A stretch of DNA of 64,000 bases from an uncultured Chloroflexia bacterium (GTDB lineage: Bacteria; Chloroflexota; Anaerolineae; CG2-30-64-16), in contig CAWEMM010000012.1 in NCBI GenBank assembly GCA_963810095.1, forward strand, positions 352,001 to 416,000, in the 5' to 3' direction. How positions within the stretch are numbered: the first letter of the stretch is position 1; each line of letters opens with the position of its first letter. Shown in pieces: positions 13,633 through 25,531 of this stretch. The notes beneath the pieces are model-generated. The model ran no database searches. It worked only from the letters and a program-made list of their open reading frames with translations, and was not told where the DNA came from. Position numbers and translations under genes: made by a program.

Positions 13633-13704
13633 CCCAACGCAGAGGACGCAGATCGCTGCCCAGATCAGACAGGTGATCTGGAACGTCCGACCTGAGAATA
13701 GCAC

Positions 13705-13811
13705 GCTGATGCAACTGATTGAACCGATCTTCTTTATCCTTGCCGGAAGGGACTGTAATAATCAGTGGGATCGGTTCAATCAGTGTCCCGTTTCACCCCT
13801 CGCTGTCCAGC
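13705..13811 (-). repeat. MITE-like palindromic element, TGAAATGGGACACTGATTGAAC family (partial copy)
   Basis: The reverse complement matches the copies at 18592-18708, 46023-46112 and 53409-53522. Confidence 0.8.
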
Positions 13812-13826
13812 TGCGCGGGTGAGTGT

Positions 13827-16259
13827 TCATTTCTGCCACTCGTAGATCGCCTGCGCGCTCCAGTCGGCGCCCGGTTGCCACGGCACAGGCCCGGCTGCGG
13901 GCTGCCCGTCGAACTGGGCATCCACCACAAACGGTTCGTACCCGGTCGTGGTGGCCCGATAGATCCCCGTTCCACCCTCCCGTTCCAGCGTCAGCAGCAC
14001 GGTATTCTCCCCATCGTCGAGCAGCGCGGGGTGTCCTTCCGCCTCTGTCCCCGGCGTCAGGGGGAACGAGGTGGCAGCATCATAGAAATACCGCCCGTAC
14101 ACGCGCGGCAACCCGTCCTGGTTTGAGAGGTACGCGAACAACTCGCGGCCCACTGCCGCATCGCGCTCGTCGGCCGGCGAGTCGACAACGGAGAGCAATT
14201 CGGGTGTATCGAACGTTCCGTCACTCTGCCGAATATGCCCGAGCTCCCTGGATGTCGTTGGATGCCGCTCGCGCCCGCTCCCGTGAAGAAGAGGCGCAGG
14301 CTGTCAGGCCACCACGCAGGGCGCCACGAGCCGCCGGTTCCCGAGGTCAGCCGCCGCGCCGGGCCACCCCCGGCCGGTGCGATGTAAATCTGAGGCGTCC
14401 CGTCGCGCGTCGAGGTGAACGCAATCCACTTGCCATCCGGCGACCAGGCGGGCAGCAAGTCGTCTCCCGGCCCGTCGGTGATCTGGCGGAGGTCGCACCC
14501 GGCCCCGTTCGCCATCGCCTGCGTACAATCAGCCCGCTGCGTGAAGATCTTCGCGTTGCCGTCTACGTTCGACTGGAACGCGAACCGCGTCCACGCCGGC
14601 GACCATGCCGGCAGTTGATTGGCCGTTCCCGAGAAGGTCCTGCGCGTGATAGTTTGAGCCGGCCCCTCGCCCGGCTTGCCGCGCTCCGCAGTATACACGT
14701 TGAGGCCGCCGTCCCGGTCCGAGACGAACGCGACCGGGGGCTCCCAGGCCGACCAGGTGTCGCCGCCGTCGGTCGAGCGCAGGAAACCGGGCTCACCCCG
14801 GGCGACGGCGACCAGCGTCCTGTCGGTCGCAAAATCGGGGGAGATGGACAGGTGGGTGACGTAGTGGAAGTTCGGGTAGACCAGGCCGGGCAGCAGCTTC
14901 CAGGTTCTGCCCCGGTCGTCGCTGCGCCACGTCTCCCCGTAGCCGCCTACTTGCACGAACGCCGTATCGGGTGTGCCCGGGACGGGATAGAAAGCGCGCC
15001 CGGAAAAAGTCCGTGTCTGGCGGGGTCGAACCAGTTCGGCAGGAGTGGGCCGCGCAGCGGGGCAATGCCCGCCGAACGAAGCCGGGCGGTATCCTTCGTG
15101 CCGGTCGAGCCGTCGTCGACGAGATAGAGCCGCGCGCCGTCGGGTGAGAGCAGCAGGTCCTGATCCGGATTCGCGGCGTTCGGCTCCATCGCCACCAGAG
15201 CCAGATCGCTCGCCCGCAGCACCCACAGCCCGCGCTCCCGCAGGACGTAGATCCACTCGCCCGCGGCGTCGATCACCGGCCGGCCGTCAAACGGCTGCGC
15301 CGAACGCACCTCGTGCCCTTCGCGGTCGAAAACGGCCAGCCTGCTGCCCAGAAAGCCCGTCGAGGCAGACATCTCTGCAACAATCCATTGGCCGCCGGCG
15401 CTGACATTTGTCATCTGGCCGCCCACGCCGGGGAATACGACCGGTGGCCCCAGCGTGTCCAGATCATACCCGGCGAGCCATTGCTGCGGATGCGAACCAC
15501 CCGCGGCCGCCATGGTAACGAGTAACTGCCTGCCTACCGGGTCGAGCGTAATCGCCTGGGGTCGCGGCGTGAACTCGGCCAGCGGCCATTCGGTTACCGG
15601 CGTGGGCAGTGCGGCGGCATTTGCCAGGTCATAGGCCCACACCGCATCCTCCGAGAGGATGAACAGCCGGCGCCGACCGTCGAGCGCGACGGGCCCACCT
15701 TTTGGGATCTGCCACACCGGGGCAAAGGACTCGCGTTCGAGCACGAGCGTGCGGGTGAGGGCTTCGGACGACAAGACCAGGAAGTGTTCGCCGATCGCCA
15801 TGTGCCCGCGCCCGGGGTCTCGTCCCTCAAAGAGCGGCCCCGACGTATCGATTAGCCGCATGTCCGGCGCGAAGCGGCTGACCGCACCCGATGCTTGCAG
15901 GAGAAAGAGCCGGCCGTCGGGTGCGATACCCAAGGCGCGGGAACCTGTTTGCGCACCGGGGCCGGGGGCGGGCGGAGGCGGTGGCTTGGCAGTTGGCCCG
16001 GTGGTGGGGGGCGGTGGAGGCAGCGCTTGGGTCGGCACAAGCGGCGTGGGAACCGCCGGGGCGGCGCCGTGGGCGGCTGCGAAACACTGACCAGAGGCAC
16101 GGCGGTTGCCGGCTGAGCCGCGGCGGCCCCAGGCGGACGAGTGCGGCCGGTGCTTGGGTCACCTGTGGCGGGGTCGGGATATTAGGCTGAGGCACGGCCC
16201 GCACAGCCCGCCAGCAGCAGGGTGCCAATGACGACGCACACCAAGCGGCTAAACCACAT
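13827..16259 (-). CDS. Large lipoprotein with beta-propeller, BNR/Asp-box and TolB-like PD40 repeats (multiple frameshifts)
   Basis: MWFSRLVCVVIGTLLLAGC lipobox, Pro-rich linker, WRSDDRGRTW and RSTDGGDTW Asp-boxes, PAWSPDG repeats. Confidence 0.7.
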
Positions 16260-16398
16260 TTTCGGGCCGGTCCTTTCTCGGGAGGTGCCGAAAGACGTCG
16301 TGAGGTTCCCGGTCTCGCCTCTGGGCGAGTCGGGCCTCCAAGGTCCTGTCACGCTCACGGTGCAAGCGGGCTGTAAGCCAAGCGCCAGGCGAAAATGC

Positions 16399-16493
16399 TC
16401 TGGCCGGTCTCGTATCCGCCAAACCTGGCTGGCACCCGAGCCAGACGGGCACGGTCAGAGACCGGCCCCAGCTGATTCTCGGATAGGTTCTTA
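16399..16493. repeat. REP-like element with TGGCCGGTCTC / GAGACCGGCC arms
   Basis: CTCTGGCCGGTCTC...GAGACCGGCCCCAG. A half copy ACGAGACCGGCCACAGC is near 34033. The flank AGAACCTATCCGAGAAT resembles 47195-47213. Confidence 0.6.
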
Positions 16494-16495
16494 GT

Positions 16496-17189
16496 CTAGT
16501 CCCGGTCGTCGCGCAGATGGATCACCGATACGAAGACAAAATACATCGCCGCAAGGCAGAGCGAGAACAGCAGCGAAAACACGAACGTGCGGCTGTACGC
16601 GAACGGGTTGCTCAGCCGCACCCAGATATCCGCCAGCAGCGTGACCGGATCGGTCAGCAGGTCCCAGCTGTTCCAGCGTGGGAAGCGGCCGAGGTAGACG
16701 CCAAAGCCCGTAACCGCCAGCACGCCCAGGGTAAAGACCCAACTTGTGACGACGCCGAACGCTCGCCGGACGAGCGACTGCATCAGGTAGAGCGAAATGA
16801 GGCCGAGAAAAACGCCGGTCAGCGCATAGGTGATCACCAGGATCAGGTCGTACCACAGCGGGACGCTGCCTACGGGGCGCAGATGGATAAAGTCCGTGAG
16901 GATGTACGGCGCGTTCGGGAAGAACAGCAGCCAGAGCCCGAGAAAGGGCAGGATCAAGCGGCCAGGCCCGCCGGCCGTAGCGCTTGCCGAGGTTGTACGC
17001 GACCAGTGCGCCGAGCATTGGCAGCCAGGCAAGGAAGAGATTCCACTGCAGCCCAAAATGGGTGAGCTGACCATCGTAGAGGGCCCGTACAACCAACATG
17101 AGCGTACACAGGGCCGTGGCAAATGCCAGCGAGGCGACGACCGCCGCTTGCCGGCGTTCGTGGAGCAGTAGCGTCTTGAAGCGCGTCAT
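16496..17189 (-). CDS. DUF1361 family membrane protein (frameshift near 16960)
   Basis: WNLFLAW, LWLLFFPNAPYILTDFIHL, GVYLGRFPRWNSWDL. Confidence 0.85.
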
Positions 17190-17323
17190 GTCTTCCTCCG
17201 TCAGGTCCTTGACCCCTGGGACGCCCGGCGATGGGAAAAGGTTCACAGCCTACAGCCGCAGCGGCCGCCGCCAGGGAGCTATAATGAAGGGAAATCTCAA
17301 GTTTCAGACCGCAGGAGGCCAGC

Positions 17324-18560
17324 TTGTCCCCTTCATCGAGCAGCGCACTGCCCGGCCCCGTCGTCGGCGCCGTGAGCAGCCTTTGGAACCGGCTCTCGCC
17401 CGAGCAGCGCCGGCAACTCGACCGTTGGCTGCCCGGCGCCGGAAGCATCACGGGCGTCCGGGATATCCTCAAGTTTATCACAGACAATTATCGCGGCGCG
17501 CTCGACACCACCTCGGCCACCATCGCGATCGTCGGACCCACGAACGTCGGCAAATCGACGCTCTACAACCAACTGATTGCGCCAAACGAAGTCAAGGCGG
17601 CGGTGAGCCCTGTGCCGGGCACGACCCGGGTGAACCAACTGGGATCAGGCGGACTGTTCAACGTCGTCGACACACCCGGCGTCGACGCGGTCGGCGCAGC
17701 CGGCCAGGCCGAGCGGGCCTATGCCTTTGATGCCGCAGCCACGGCCGACTTCCTGATCGTCATGTTTGACGCCGAGTGCGGGGTCAAACAGCCCGACCGC
17801 GAGCTGTTCGAGGCGCTCCGGGCGCTGAACAAGCCGTATCTCGTCGTGCTGAACAAGATGGACCTGGTGCGCAAGGGCGACCGGGAGAAGGTGCTGAACT
17901 CGGCGGCCGAGAACCTCGGCATCGACCGGATGGAGATCCTGGACATCGCAGCCGCCAAGGGCGATCATGTCGGCGCGCTCGTGCTCGCCGTCGCACAGGT
18001 GGACCCCCGGCTCCTGATCACCCTCGCCGACGCGCTACCCGCATACAGGGCACGACTTGGCATGGCAGCGCACCGTCGCGGCCGGCGTCGCAGCCGCCAG
18101 CGTCGCACTCATCCCTCTGCCCATGGCCGACGTCGTGCCGCTGCTCGGCGTGCAGACCGGCCTGGTCCTGACCATCGCCCGCGTCTACGGCTACGAGATT
18201 ACGGCCGCCCGGGCCAAGGAGCTGATCGCAACGTTCGGCGTCGCCTTTGCCGCCCGCACCTTGTTCCGGGAGCTCAGCAAGCTGTTCGGGGTGCCCGGGT
18301 GGATTCTCAGTGCGGTGGTCGCCGCATCGGGTACGATTGCCATTGGGTATGGCTCGATGCTGTGGTTCGAGCGCGGCGAGAAGCCCACCCAGGAAGCGCT
18401 GCAGCGGCTGATGGGCGAAATCGGCGGCTACCTCCGCGAGCAGCTCTCGGGGGGCGGCAGCCAGGAGAAGCCCTCGCCCAAAGTGCTCCGCCAGCGGCTG
18501 CAGTCGGCTATCAGGGGCCTGCCGGAGAAATTCGGTCCGCACGCCACTGCCGGGAACTAA
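17324..18560 (+). CDS. TRAFAC (Era-like/HSR1) GTPase fused to a DUF697/YcjF-like domain (frameshift near 18057)
   Basis: G1 GPTNVGKS, G2 PGTTR, G3 DTPG, G4 NKMD. C-terminal IPLPMADVVPLLGVQ..LV..IA..YG. Confidence 0.85.
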
Positions 18561-18591
18561 GCCGCGACCGATTAGGCCTTCGCCCCGCGCT

Positions 18592-18708
18592 GCTGGACAA
18601 CGAAGGATGAAATGGGACACTGATTGGCCGGATCAGACTGATTATCGCGATCTTTGCCCAAAGCACCGTGCGGATGAGTTCAATCAGTTGCATCAGCGTC
18701 CCATTTCA
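18592..18708 (+). repeat. MITE-like palindromic element (101-bp core with 11-bp terminal inverted repeats)
   Basis: TGAAATGGGAC at 18608 and GTCCCATTTCA ending at 18708. Confidence 0.85.
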
Positions 18709-18813
18709 CATCAGCGGAATCTCGGCAATTCGCCTGATTCGTCGCAGTTGGGGTGATTCGCGGCGATCTCGTCAGTCTTCCCGCTTGGCCGCGCATCTGT
18801 TAGAATTCGGCTT

Positions 18814-21431
18814 GTGATTCACCTCTCTGATCTCCTCAGCGCAAGCGGCGGGCAGGTACACGGGCCCATCTCCGCGAACGTCTTTGATTCGTTCGGGTTC
18901 GACTCACGCATCATCCGGCCGGGTCAGATGTTTGCGGCGGTGATCACCGAGCGCGCCGATGGCCATGTCTTCGCACGGGATGCCGTCACGCGCGGGGCGA
19001 CGGGCGTGCTGGCACAGCACCCGATCGAACCCGGAGACGGGCCCGCGACTTGCGTCATCGTTCCCGACACTCGGCAAGCCATGCAGGACTGGACGCGCTA
19101 TATCGTCAGGCAGCGGGCGCTGGACATCATCGGTATCACCGGCAGCGTCGGCAAGACGACGGCCAAGGAAGCAATTGCCGCGGTGCTCGCCTCCACCGCG
19201 CCGGTCTTCAAAAACCGCGCGAATTACAACGGGCTGTACGGGCTGCCCATTGCTCTCAGCGAGTTGCGGCCCGAGCACCGTGTGGCAGTGCTGGAGATGG
19301 CCGCGGACCACTTCGGCGAGATTAGCAAGCTCGCCACCATAGCCCGACCCAAGATTGCCGTCGTGACGACCGTAGAGCCCGCCCACCTCGAAACGTTCGG
19401 CTCGCTCGAAGCAATCGCACGCGAGAAGGGCAGCCTGGTCGCCGCGCTGCCCTCCGACGGCCTTGCCGTGCTGAACGCGGACGATCCGCCGCGTCGCTGC
19501 TATGGCCCGCCGTGCGCCTTGCGCCGGTCGTGACCTACGGCACTTCCGGTGTCGACGGGGCGCGGCCCTGCCCCGACATCTGTGCCAGCGACATCATCAC
19601 CTCACGCGAGGGGGTGCAGTTCAACGTCGACACGCCTGCAGGGGCGCGCCGGGCGCAAATCTCGCTGCTCGGCCGCCACCAGGTCTATGCGGCCTTAGCT
19701 GCGATCGCGGTCGGGTTGGCGCGCGGGATTGATATCGATACCATCCTCGCCCAGCTTGCGGCGATGTCGCCCGTGCGGGGCCGCCTCAACCCCCTGCCCG
19801 GCCTGCGCGGAAGCCTCATTCTCGACGACTCCTACTCCTCGAGTCCTGCGGCCGCGGAAGCCGCGCTCGAAACCCTCGACGCGCTCGAGGGCCGGCGCAA
19901 GATCGCGGTGATGGGCGACATGGTCGAGCTGGGCGACTTCGAGGCGGCCGGGCACGAACAGGTGGGCCGGCGCGCCGCTCGAACGGTCGACCTGCTGATC
20001 ACCCGCGGCAACCGGGCCCGGCGCATCGGCGAGGCCGCTCGGGATGCAGGCTTGCCGGCCGACCGGGTGCTGGCAACCTACACGGCGGAGGATGCGGCAA
20101 GGGCCGCGCTCGCAGACCTCGGACCCGGTGACATCATCCTCGTGAAGGGGTCGTTGAGCACGCGGATGGAACAGGTCGTACGCCTGCTGATGGCGGAGCC
20201 GGAGAGCGCGCAGGAAAGCCTGGTACGCCAGGATGCGGCCTGGCGCTCCACCGTCACGCTTTTCCCCGACCGGCCGACCTGGCTCGAAATCGACCACGGC
20301 GCGATCGCACACAACGTCCGGCGGCTGGTGGAGCTGGCCGGCGGGAGGCAGCTGCTCATCTCGCTGAAGGCCGACGCGTACGGGCACGGCGCGGTGCAGG
20401 TCGCGCAAACTGCACTGCTCAACGGCGCTTCCTGGCTGGGCGTGGCAACGCTCAGCGAAGGGGTGGCGCTGCGGCAGGCAGGCATCGAAGCGCCCGTGCT
20501 GGTCCTCGGATATACTCCTGCCTGGCAGGCGCGCGACGTCCTGCGCCACGGGCTCACGCCGACCGTCTACAGCCTGGAAGTCGCCCGCGCGCTGTCACGG
20601 GCCGCGCTCGCGCTGGACCGGCCCGCGCGCGTCCATGTCAAGGTCGACACAGGCATGGGCCGGCTCGGCATCTTCCCCGAAGAGGCGCGGGACTTTGTCA
20701 AGGCGCTCGCAGGCATGCCAGGGATCGTACTGCAAGGCATTTTCACCCACCTGGCGGTTGCCGACGGCGAAAGCGAGTGGGAGCATACCTATACGGCGGA
20801 GCAGCTCGCGCGGTTCGACGGGGTGCTGGCCGGGCTCGATGCCGACGGGATACACGTTCCCCTCGTGCACGGCGTGAACTCTGCGGGGCTGCTGGACGCC
20901 ACGGTGGGCTTCCTGGCGCCTGCAGGCCCCCTGGCCCAACACACGCTGGTCCGTGCCGGCATCGCCGTCTACGGATTGCATCCTTCCCCCGGCGTACGCT
21001 TGCCCGGCGACTTCCGCGCCGCACTGTCGTGGAAGACGCAGGTTGCCCAGGTTAAGACGCTTCCCGCGGGAAGCTATGTCAGCTATGGTGCGACCTACCG
21101 GACCGAGGCGCCCTCGCAAATCGCCGTCATCCCGGTCGGCTACGCGGACGGCTTCCGGCGCGGCCCCTCGAACTGGGGCGAGGTGTTGGTGCGCGGCCGC
21201 CGCGCGCCCGTTGTCGGCCGGGTGACGATGGACCAGACCATGCTCGACGTCACCGCCGTCCCGGGCGTGCGCCAGGGCGACGAGGTCGTGCTGATAGGGC
21301 AGCAAGGCGGAGACGCTATCAGTGCGGAGGAGGTGGCCGAACGGCTGGGGACGATCAATTACGAAGTGGTGTCGGCGATCCTCGCGCGCGTCCCGCGGAG
21401 ACCCCAGCATAGCGCTTTGGCAAGACATTGA
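18814..21431 (+). CDS. murF-alr: Bifunctional MurF (D-Ala-D-Ala adding ligase)/alanine racemase fusion (frameshift near 19495)
   Basis: DSRII, ITGSVGKTT, VLNADD and DDSY in the MurF half. KADAYGHG, HVKVDTGMGRLG, GYADG, VGRVTMDQ and TINYE in the Alr half. Confidence 0.93.
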
Positions 21432-21433
21432 GC

Positions 21434-21507
21434 TAACCACAAAGACACAAAGACACTAAGCTTCACGAAGCTTCGAGCGTCTTTGTGTCTTGGTGTCTTG
21501 GTGGTGA
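21434..21507. repeat. CACAAAGA-type palindromic intergenic element
   Basis: TAACCACAAAGACACAAAGACACTAAG...CTTTGTGTCTTGGTGTCTTGGTGGT. Confidence 0.85.
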
Positions 21508-21537
21508 AGGTCAGGTCGCATCACGGGAGGGATCATC

Positions 21538-22801
21538 ATGACTGAAGGCAAGGTACTGGAGGCGTACGCGCTGGCCCAGGAACGCTACGCCGCGCTCGGC
21601 GTCGACACCGAGGCTGCGCTCGCCGCGCTCGAGCGGATTCCCATCAGCCTGCACTGCTGGCAGGGGGACGATGTCGGCGGCTTCGAGTCGCCTGGCGGTG
21701 AACTGGGCGGCGGCCTTGCCAAGACGGGCAACTATCCCGGCAAGGCACGCACGCCCCAGGAGCTGCGCCGCGACCTTGACGCCGCGTACAGCCTGATCCC
21801 GGGCAGCCACCGCCTCGCGCTCCACGCGATGTATGCGGAGCCGGGTGCGCAGAAGATCGGCCGCAACGACGTGCGGCCCGAGCACTTCGCGCACTGGGTG
21901 GCCTGGGCCAAAGATAAGGGCCACGGCCTTGACTTCAACCCGACCTACTTCGGGCACCCGATGGCGGCCAGCGGCTTCACGCTCTCCTCTTATGACAAGG
22001 GTGTGCGCGACTTCTGGATCGAGCACGGCATCATCTGCCGGGAAATCGGGGCATACTTCGGTCGCGAGTTGGGAACCACCTGCCTCAACAACCACTGGAT
22101 TCCCGACGGCATGAAGGACACGCCAGCGGACCGCAAGACGCCACGCCTCCTCCTGAAGGACTCGCTTGACAAGATTTTTGCCGCGCCGGTGGACAGTCAA
22201 TACAACCGCGACGCAGTGGAAGGCAAGTTGTTCGGCATCGGTGCGGAGAGCTACACGGTTGGCTCGCACGAGTTCTACCTGGGCTATGCCGTCGCCAACA
22301 AGCTGGTGTACACCCTCGACTCGGGGCACTACCACCCAACCGAGACGATCAGCGACAAGCTGTCGTCCGTGCTGCCCTTCGTCGAAGATGTAATGCTCCA
22401 CGTCTCGCGCGGCGTTCGCTGGGACAGCGACCACGTCGTCATCTTGAACGACGATCTGGCAGCCGATCATGCAGGAGATCGTGCGCGGGGACTACACCTC
22501 GCGGGTCCACATCGGGCTGGACTTCTTTGATGCGAGCATCAACCGCATCGCGGCCTGGACAGTGGGCACACGCAGCGCGCTCAAGGCGCTGCTGATGGCG
22601 CTGGTGGAACCGTATGCACAGCTTCGACAGTTGGACGTGGAGGGGGACTACACGGCCCGCCTCGTGCTGCTGGAAGAGTTGAAGTCGATGCCGTTCGGCG
22701 CGGTGTGGGATGAGTACTGCCTGCGGAAGGGTGCGCCGGTCGGCTACGACGTGCTGAACGCGATCCGCGAGTACGAGCGAACCGAGCTCGCTAAGCGATA
22801 A
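21538..22801 (+). CDS. rhaA: L-rhamnose isomerase (frameshift near 22460)
   Basis: [73 protein letters not shown]. Confidence 0.96.
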
Positions 22802-22806
22802 AGCGT

Positions 22807-22873
22807 TAACCACTAAGACGCGAAGACACCAAGGTACACAAAGACATTGTGAACCTTGGTGTCTTCGTGGTTA
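22807..22873. repeat. CACAAAGA-type palindromic element between convergent genes
   Basis: TAACCACTAAGACGCGAAGACACCAAG...CTTGGTGTCTTCGTGGTTA. Confidence 0.85.
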
Positions 22874-22883
22874 GTGGCCGTCA

Positions 22884-23897
22884 TCACTCCCCCGCGGCCC
22901 CGCAGAAGGCTTCGAATACCTCGTCCGGCGTCGCGGCGGGTATTTCGCAGCCCGCGCTGAGCATGAAGCGCGCGCCGCCCGCGGTCCCCTCGGCGACGGC
23001 CGAACGAGCCGATGCCCGGCAGGCCTCGGGTGTCGCCTGCATGATCTGCCCGACCGGGTCGAGATTCCCCTTGAAACACATGCCATGAGCGGCGTACACC
23101 TCGCGCGCCTGCTCCAATGGAACCAGGTGATCGACGTTGTACAAGTCAGCCCCGGCATGCGCCATGTCATGCAGCAACTTAGTCGTATTGCCGCAGATGT
23201 GGAGCTTCAACAGCGAGCCCGCCTCGTGAACGGCCTGGCACACCCGCTGCTCGTAAGGCAGCGCGAACTGGCGGTACATGGCGGGCGAGATGAGCGACGC
23301 GGCCGCATCGCCCGCGCCGATCATGTCGGCACCGGCCTCAACCTGGGCGAGCGCGAAGTCGATCACGATCTTTGTAAGGTGGGCCAGCAGCCGATGGGCT
23401 GCATCGGGCGCATCCACGATCAGCGTCAGGAAGGCCTGGACGCCCCACAGCGAGCACGCTTCGGCAAAGGGCATGTCGACCCAGCCGAGCACGGCGACCC
23501 GGCCACTTGCGCTCGCGGCCATTTCCCGCACTGCGCCGACCCTGTCGGCCATGCGCGAACCGCGCTCGAGGGGATCTGGCCGGCCAAGCCGCGGGATGCC
23601 GGCCGGTTGTGTGAGCAGCGGCCGGGCGAGGTGGGGCGGCCTGTCCACCGGGTAGGTCATGTCGCCGCCCAGGTCCGCCGAGACGCGGAAAGCGTCCGAA
23701 CATGCAGTGACCGCGTCCAGGCCGAAGCGCTCCTGCGCGCCCAACTGCGCGCGGGCGAGCGCCCGCCCATCCGTCGCGTATTGGCGATAAGTCATCCGCG
23801 CCCGCTCGGCGGCAAAATGCATCAGGAGCGGAAAAACAGGCGTGCGGTCCACTGGCAGGCCGTGGACGGCAGCCAAAAAGCGTTCACGTGAATTCAT
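22884..23897 (-). CDS. UroD/MtaA-CmuA family methyltransferase-like protein
   Basis: MNSRERFLAA...VDRTPV, LHICGN, GNLDP, LSAGCEI (HxC...C Zn motif). Confidence 0.88.
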   Translation of the reverse strand: MNSRERFLAAVHGLPVDRTPVFPLLMHFAAERARMTYRQYATDGRALARAQLGAQERFGLDAVTACSDAFRVSADLGGDMTYPVDRPPHLARPLLTQPAGIPRLGRPDPLERGSRMADRVGAVREMAASASGRVAVLGWVDMPFAEACSLWGVQAFLTLIVDAPDAAHRLLAHLTKIVIDFALAQVEAGADMIGAGDAAASLISPAMYRQFALPYEQRVCQAVHEAGSLLKLHICGNTTKLLHDMAHAGADLYNVDHLVPLEQAREVYAAHGMCFKGNLDPVGQIMQATPEACRASARSAVAEGTAGGARFMLSAGCEIPAATPDEVFEAFCGAAGE

Positions 23898-23920
23898 AAG
23901 CTTCCAACTAAAAGGATTTT

Positions 23921-23997
23921 CCACCGGGAAGGCACAAAGACAGGAAGCTTCACAAAGTATCTTTGTGCTTCTTCGTGTCTCTGTGCCCTTGTGGTTA
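23921..23997. repeat. CACAAAGA-type palindromic element overlapping the ABC ATPase stop codon
   Basis: CCAC..GAAGGCACAAAGACAGGAAG...CTTCGTGTCTCTGTGCCCTTGTGGTTA. Confidence 0.8.
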
Positions 23998-25531
23998 GGC
24001 CTGGTTCACCTGTCCGATGGCCTCGCGGAGGATGTCCGACTCGGTGGGCTCGCCGCGTTGATACTCGCGGCAAATCTCCCCCCGGCGCATGACGAGGATA
24101 CGGTGGCTCATTTCGAGCGCTTCCGTGTAATCCGAGGTGAGCATAAGGATGCCGACCCCTTGCTCGAGCAGTTCTTCCATGATCCGGTAGATTTCGCGGC
24201 GGCCGTTGATGTCGATGCCGCGGGTCGGCTCGTCAAAAATCAACACCTTCGCCCGGGCGCCAAGCCACTTCGCGACCACTGCCTTTTGCTGATTGCCCCC
24301 CGAAAGCTGCCGCGTCAGCGTGCGGATGCTGGGCGCCTTAATGTGCAGGCGTTCGAAATACTCCTGCGCCTCCGCGTCAATCTGCCTGTGATTGATCAGC
24401 CCGGCCGTGGTGAGTCGAGGGCTGGACGGCAGCGCGTAGTTGTCCCGGATGCTCATGTCGAGCACCAGTCCCGCGGTCTTGCGGTCCTCGGTCAGGTAGG
24501 CCACGCCGTTGCGGATGCCTTCCTCCGCGGTCCGGTTCCTGACACGCTGCCCACCCACATAGATCGTCCCGGCGTCCGGTTGGTCGATGCCGGCAATCGC
24601 CCGACCCAGCTCAGTCTTACCCGCGCCCATCAGGCCCGTAACGCCGACGATCTCGCCCTTGCGCACCCGCAGGTCGATGTTCTGGAACTTGCGCTTGCGG
24701 GTGAGCCCTTCGACGCGCAGCGCGTCGTCGGCCGACGGCTCGGCCAGCGCGGGATACTGCCGCTTAACCTGCCCGCCGATCATTTTCTCGATCATGGTGT
24801 CGAATGGCAGGCCCCTGATGTCGTACGTACCGACGTTGTGGCCGTCGCGCAGGATCGTCACCCGGTCGCCCACCTCGTACACCTCCCGATAACGATGCGA
24901 GATGTACACGAATGCCACGCGGTGGGCCGTCTTGAGCTCCGCGATCAATTTGAAGAGGTCCTGGCGCGACCGGTCCTCGAGCACGTCGGTCGGTTCATCC
25001 AGGATGATGACCTTGACCTTCGTGGTCAGCGCGCGAGCGATCTCGACCATTTTCTGTTGGGTCACGCTCAAGTTGCTGACCAGCTCGCGGGTCGAGATTG
25101 ATGTGGAAGCGCTCGAGCAGGTCTGTTGCCTCTGCATACAGGCGCCGCGAGTCGACGAGCCCCCCGCGTTTTGGCTCGATGCCGAGAAAGATGTTGCGGG
25201 CGATGTCGATGGGCCGGACGAGGTTGAGCTCCTGGTAGATGCAGCGCATCCCTTGGTCCAGCGAGTCCTGGGGACCGCGGATGGCGACCTTCTGCCCAGA
25301 CACCCAAATCTCGCCCTCGTCCGCCACGTACGCGCCGCTGAGCACCTTGATGAGCGTGCTTTTGCCCGCACCGTTCTCGCCCAGGAGGACGTGGACCTCG
25401 CCGGGGCGAAGCTCGAAGTCCACCTTGTCGAGCGCGAGGACGCCGGGGAACCGCTTGACGATTCCCTTCATCTCGACGACGCACCGAGCGGCGTCGGGCG
25501 CGGGTGCAGCGGGCAGCACAGGATCAACCAT
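23995..25531 (-). CDS. Monosaccharide ABC transporter ATP-binding protein (RbsA/MglA-like; frameshift near 25095)
   Basis: GENGAGKST, DEPT, EDRK..GL, LSGGNQQK, DEPTRGID. Confidence 0.93.

Noticed and set aside
16260-16375. 6S RNA or a known riboswitch
   Set aside because: There is only a short CGGCACC resemblance. It lacks the long rod with a central bubble and known aptamer consensus motifs, so it is kept only as an unknown candidate.
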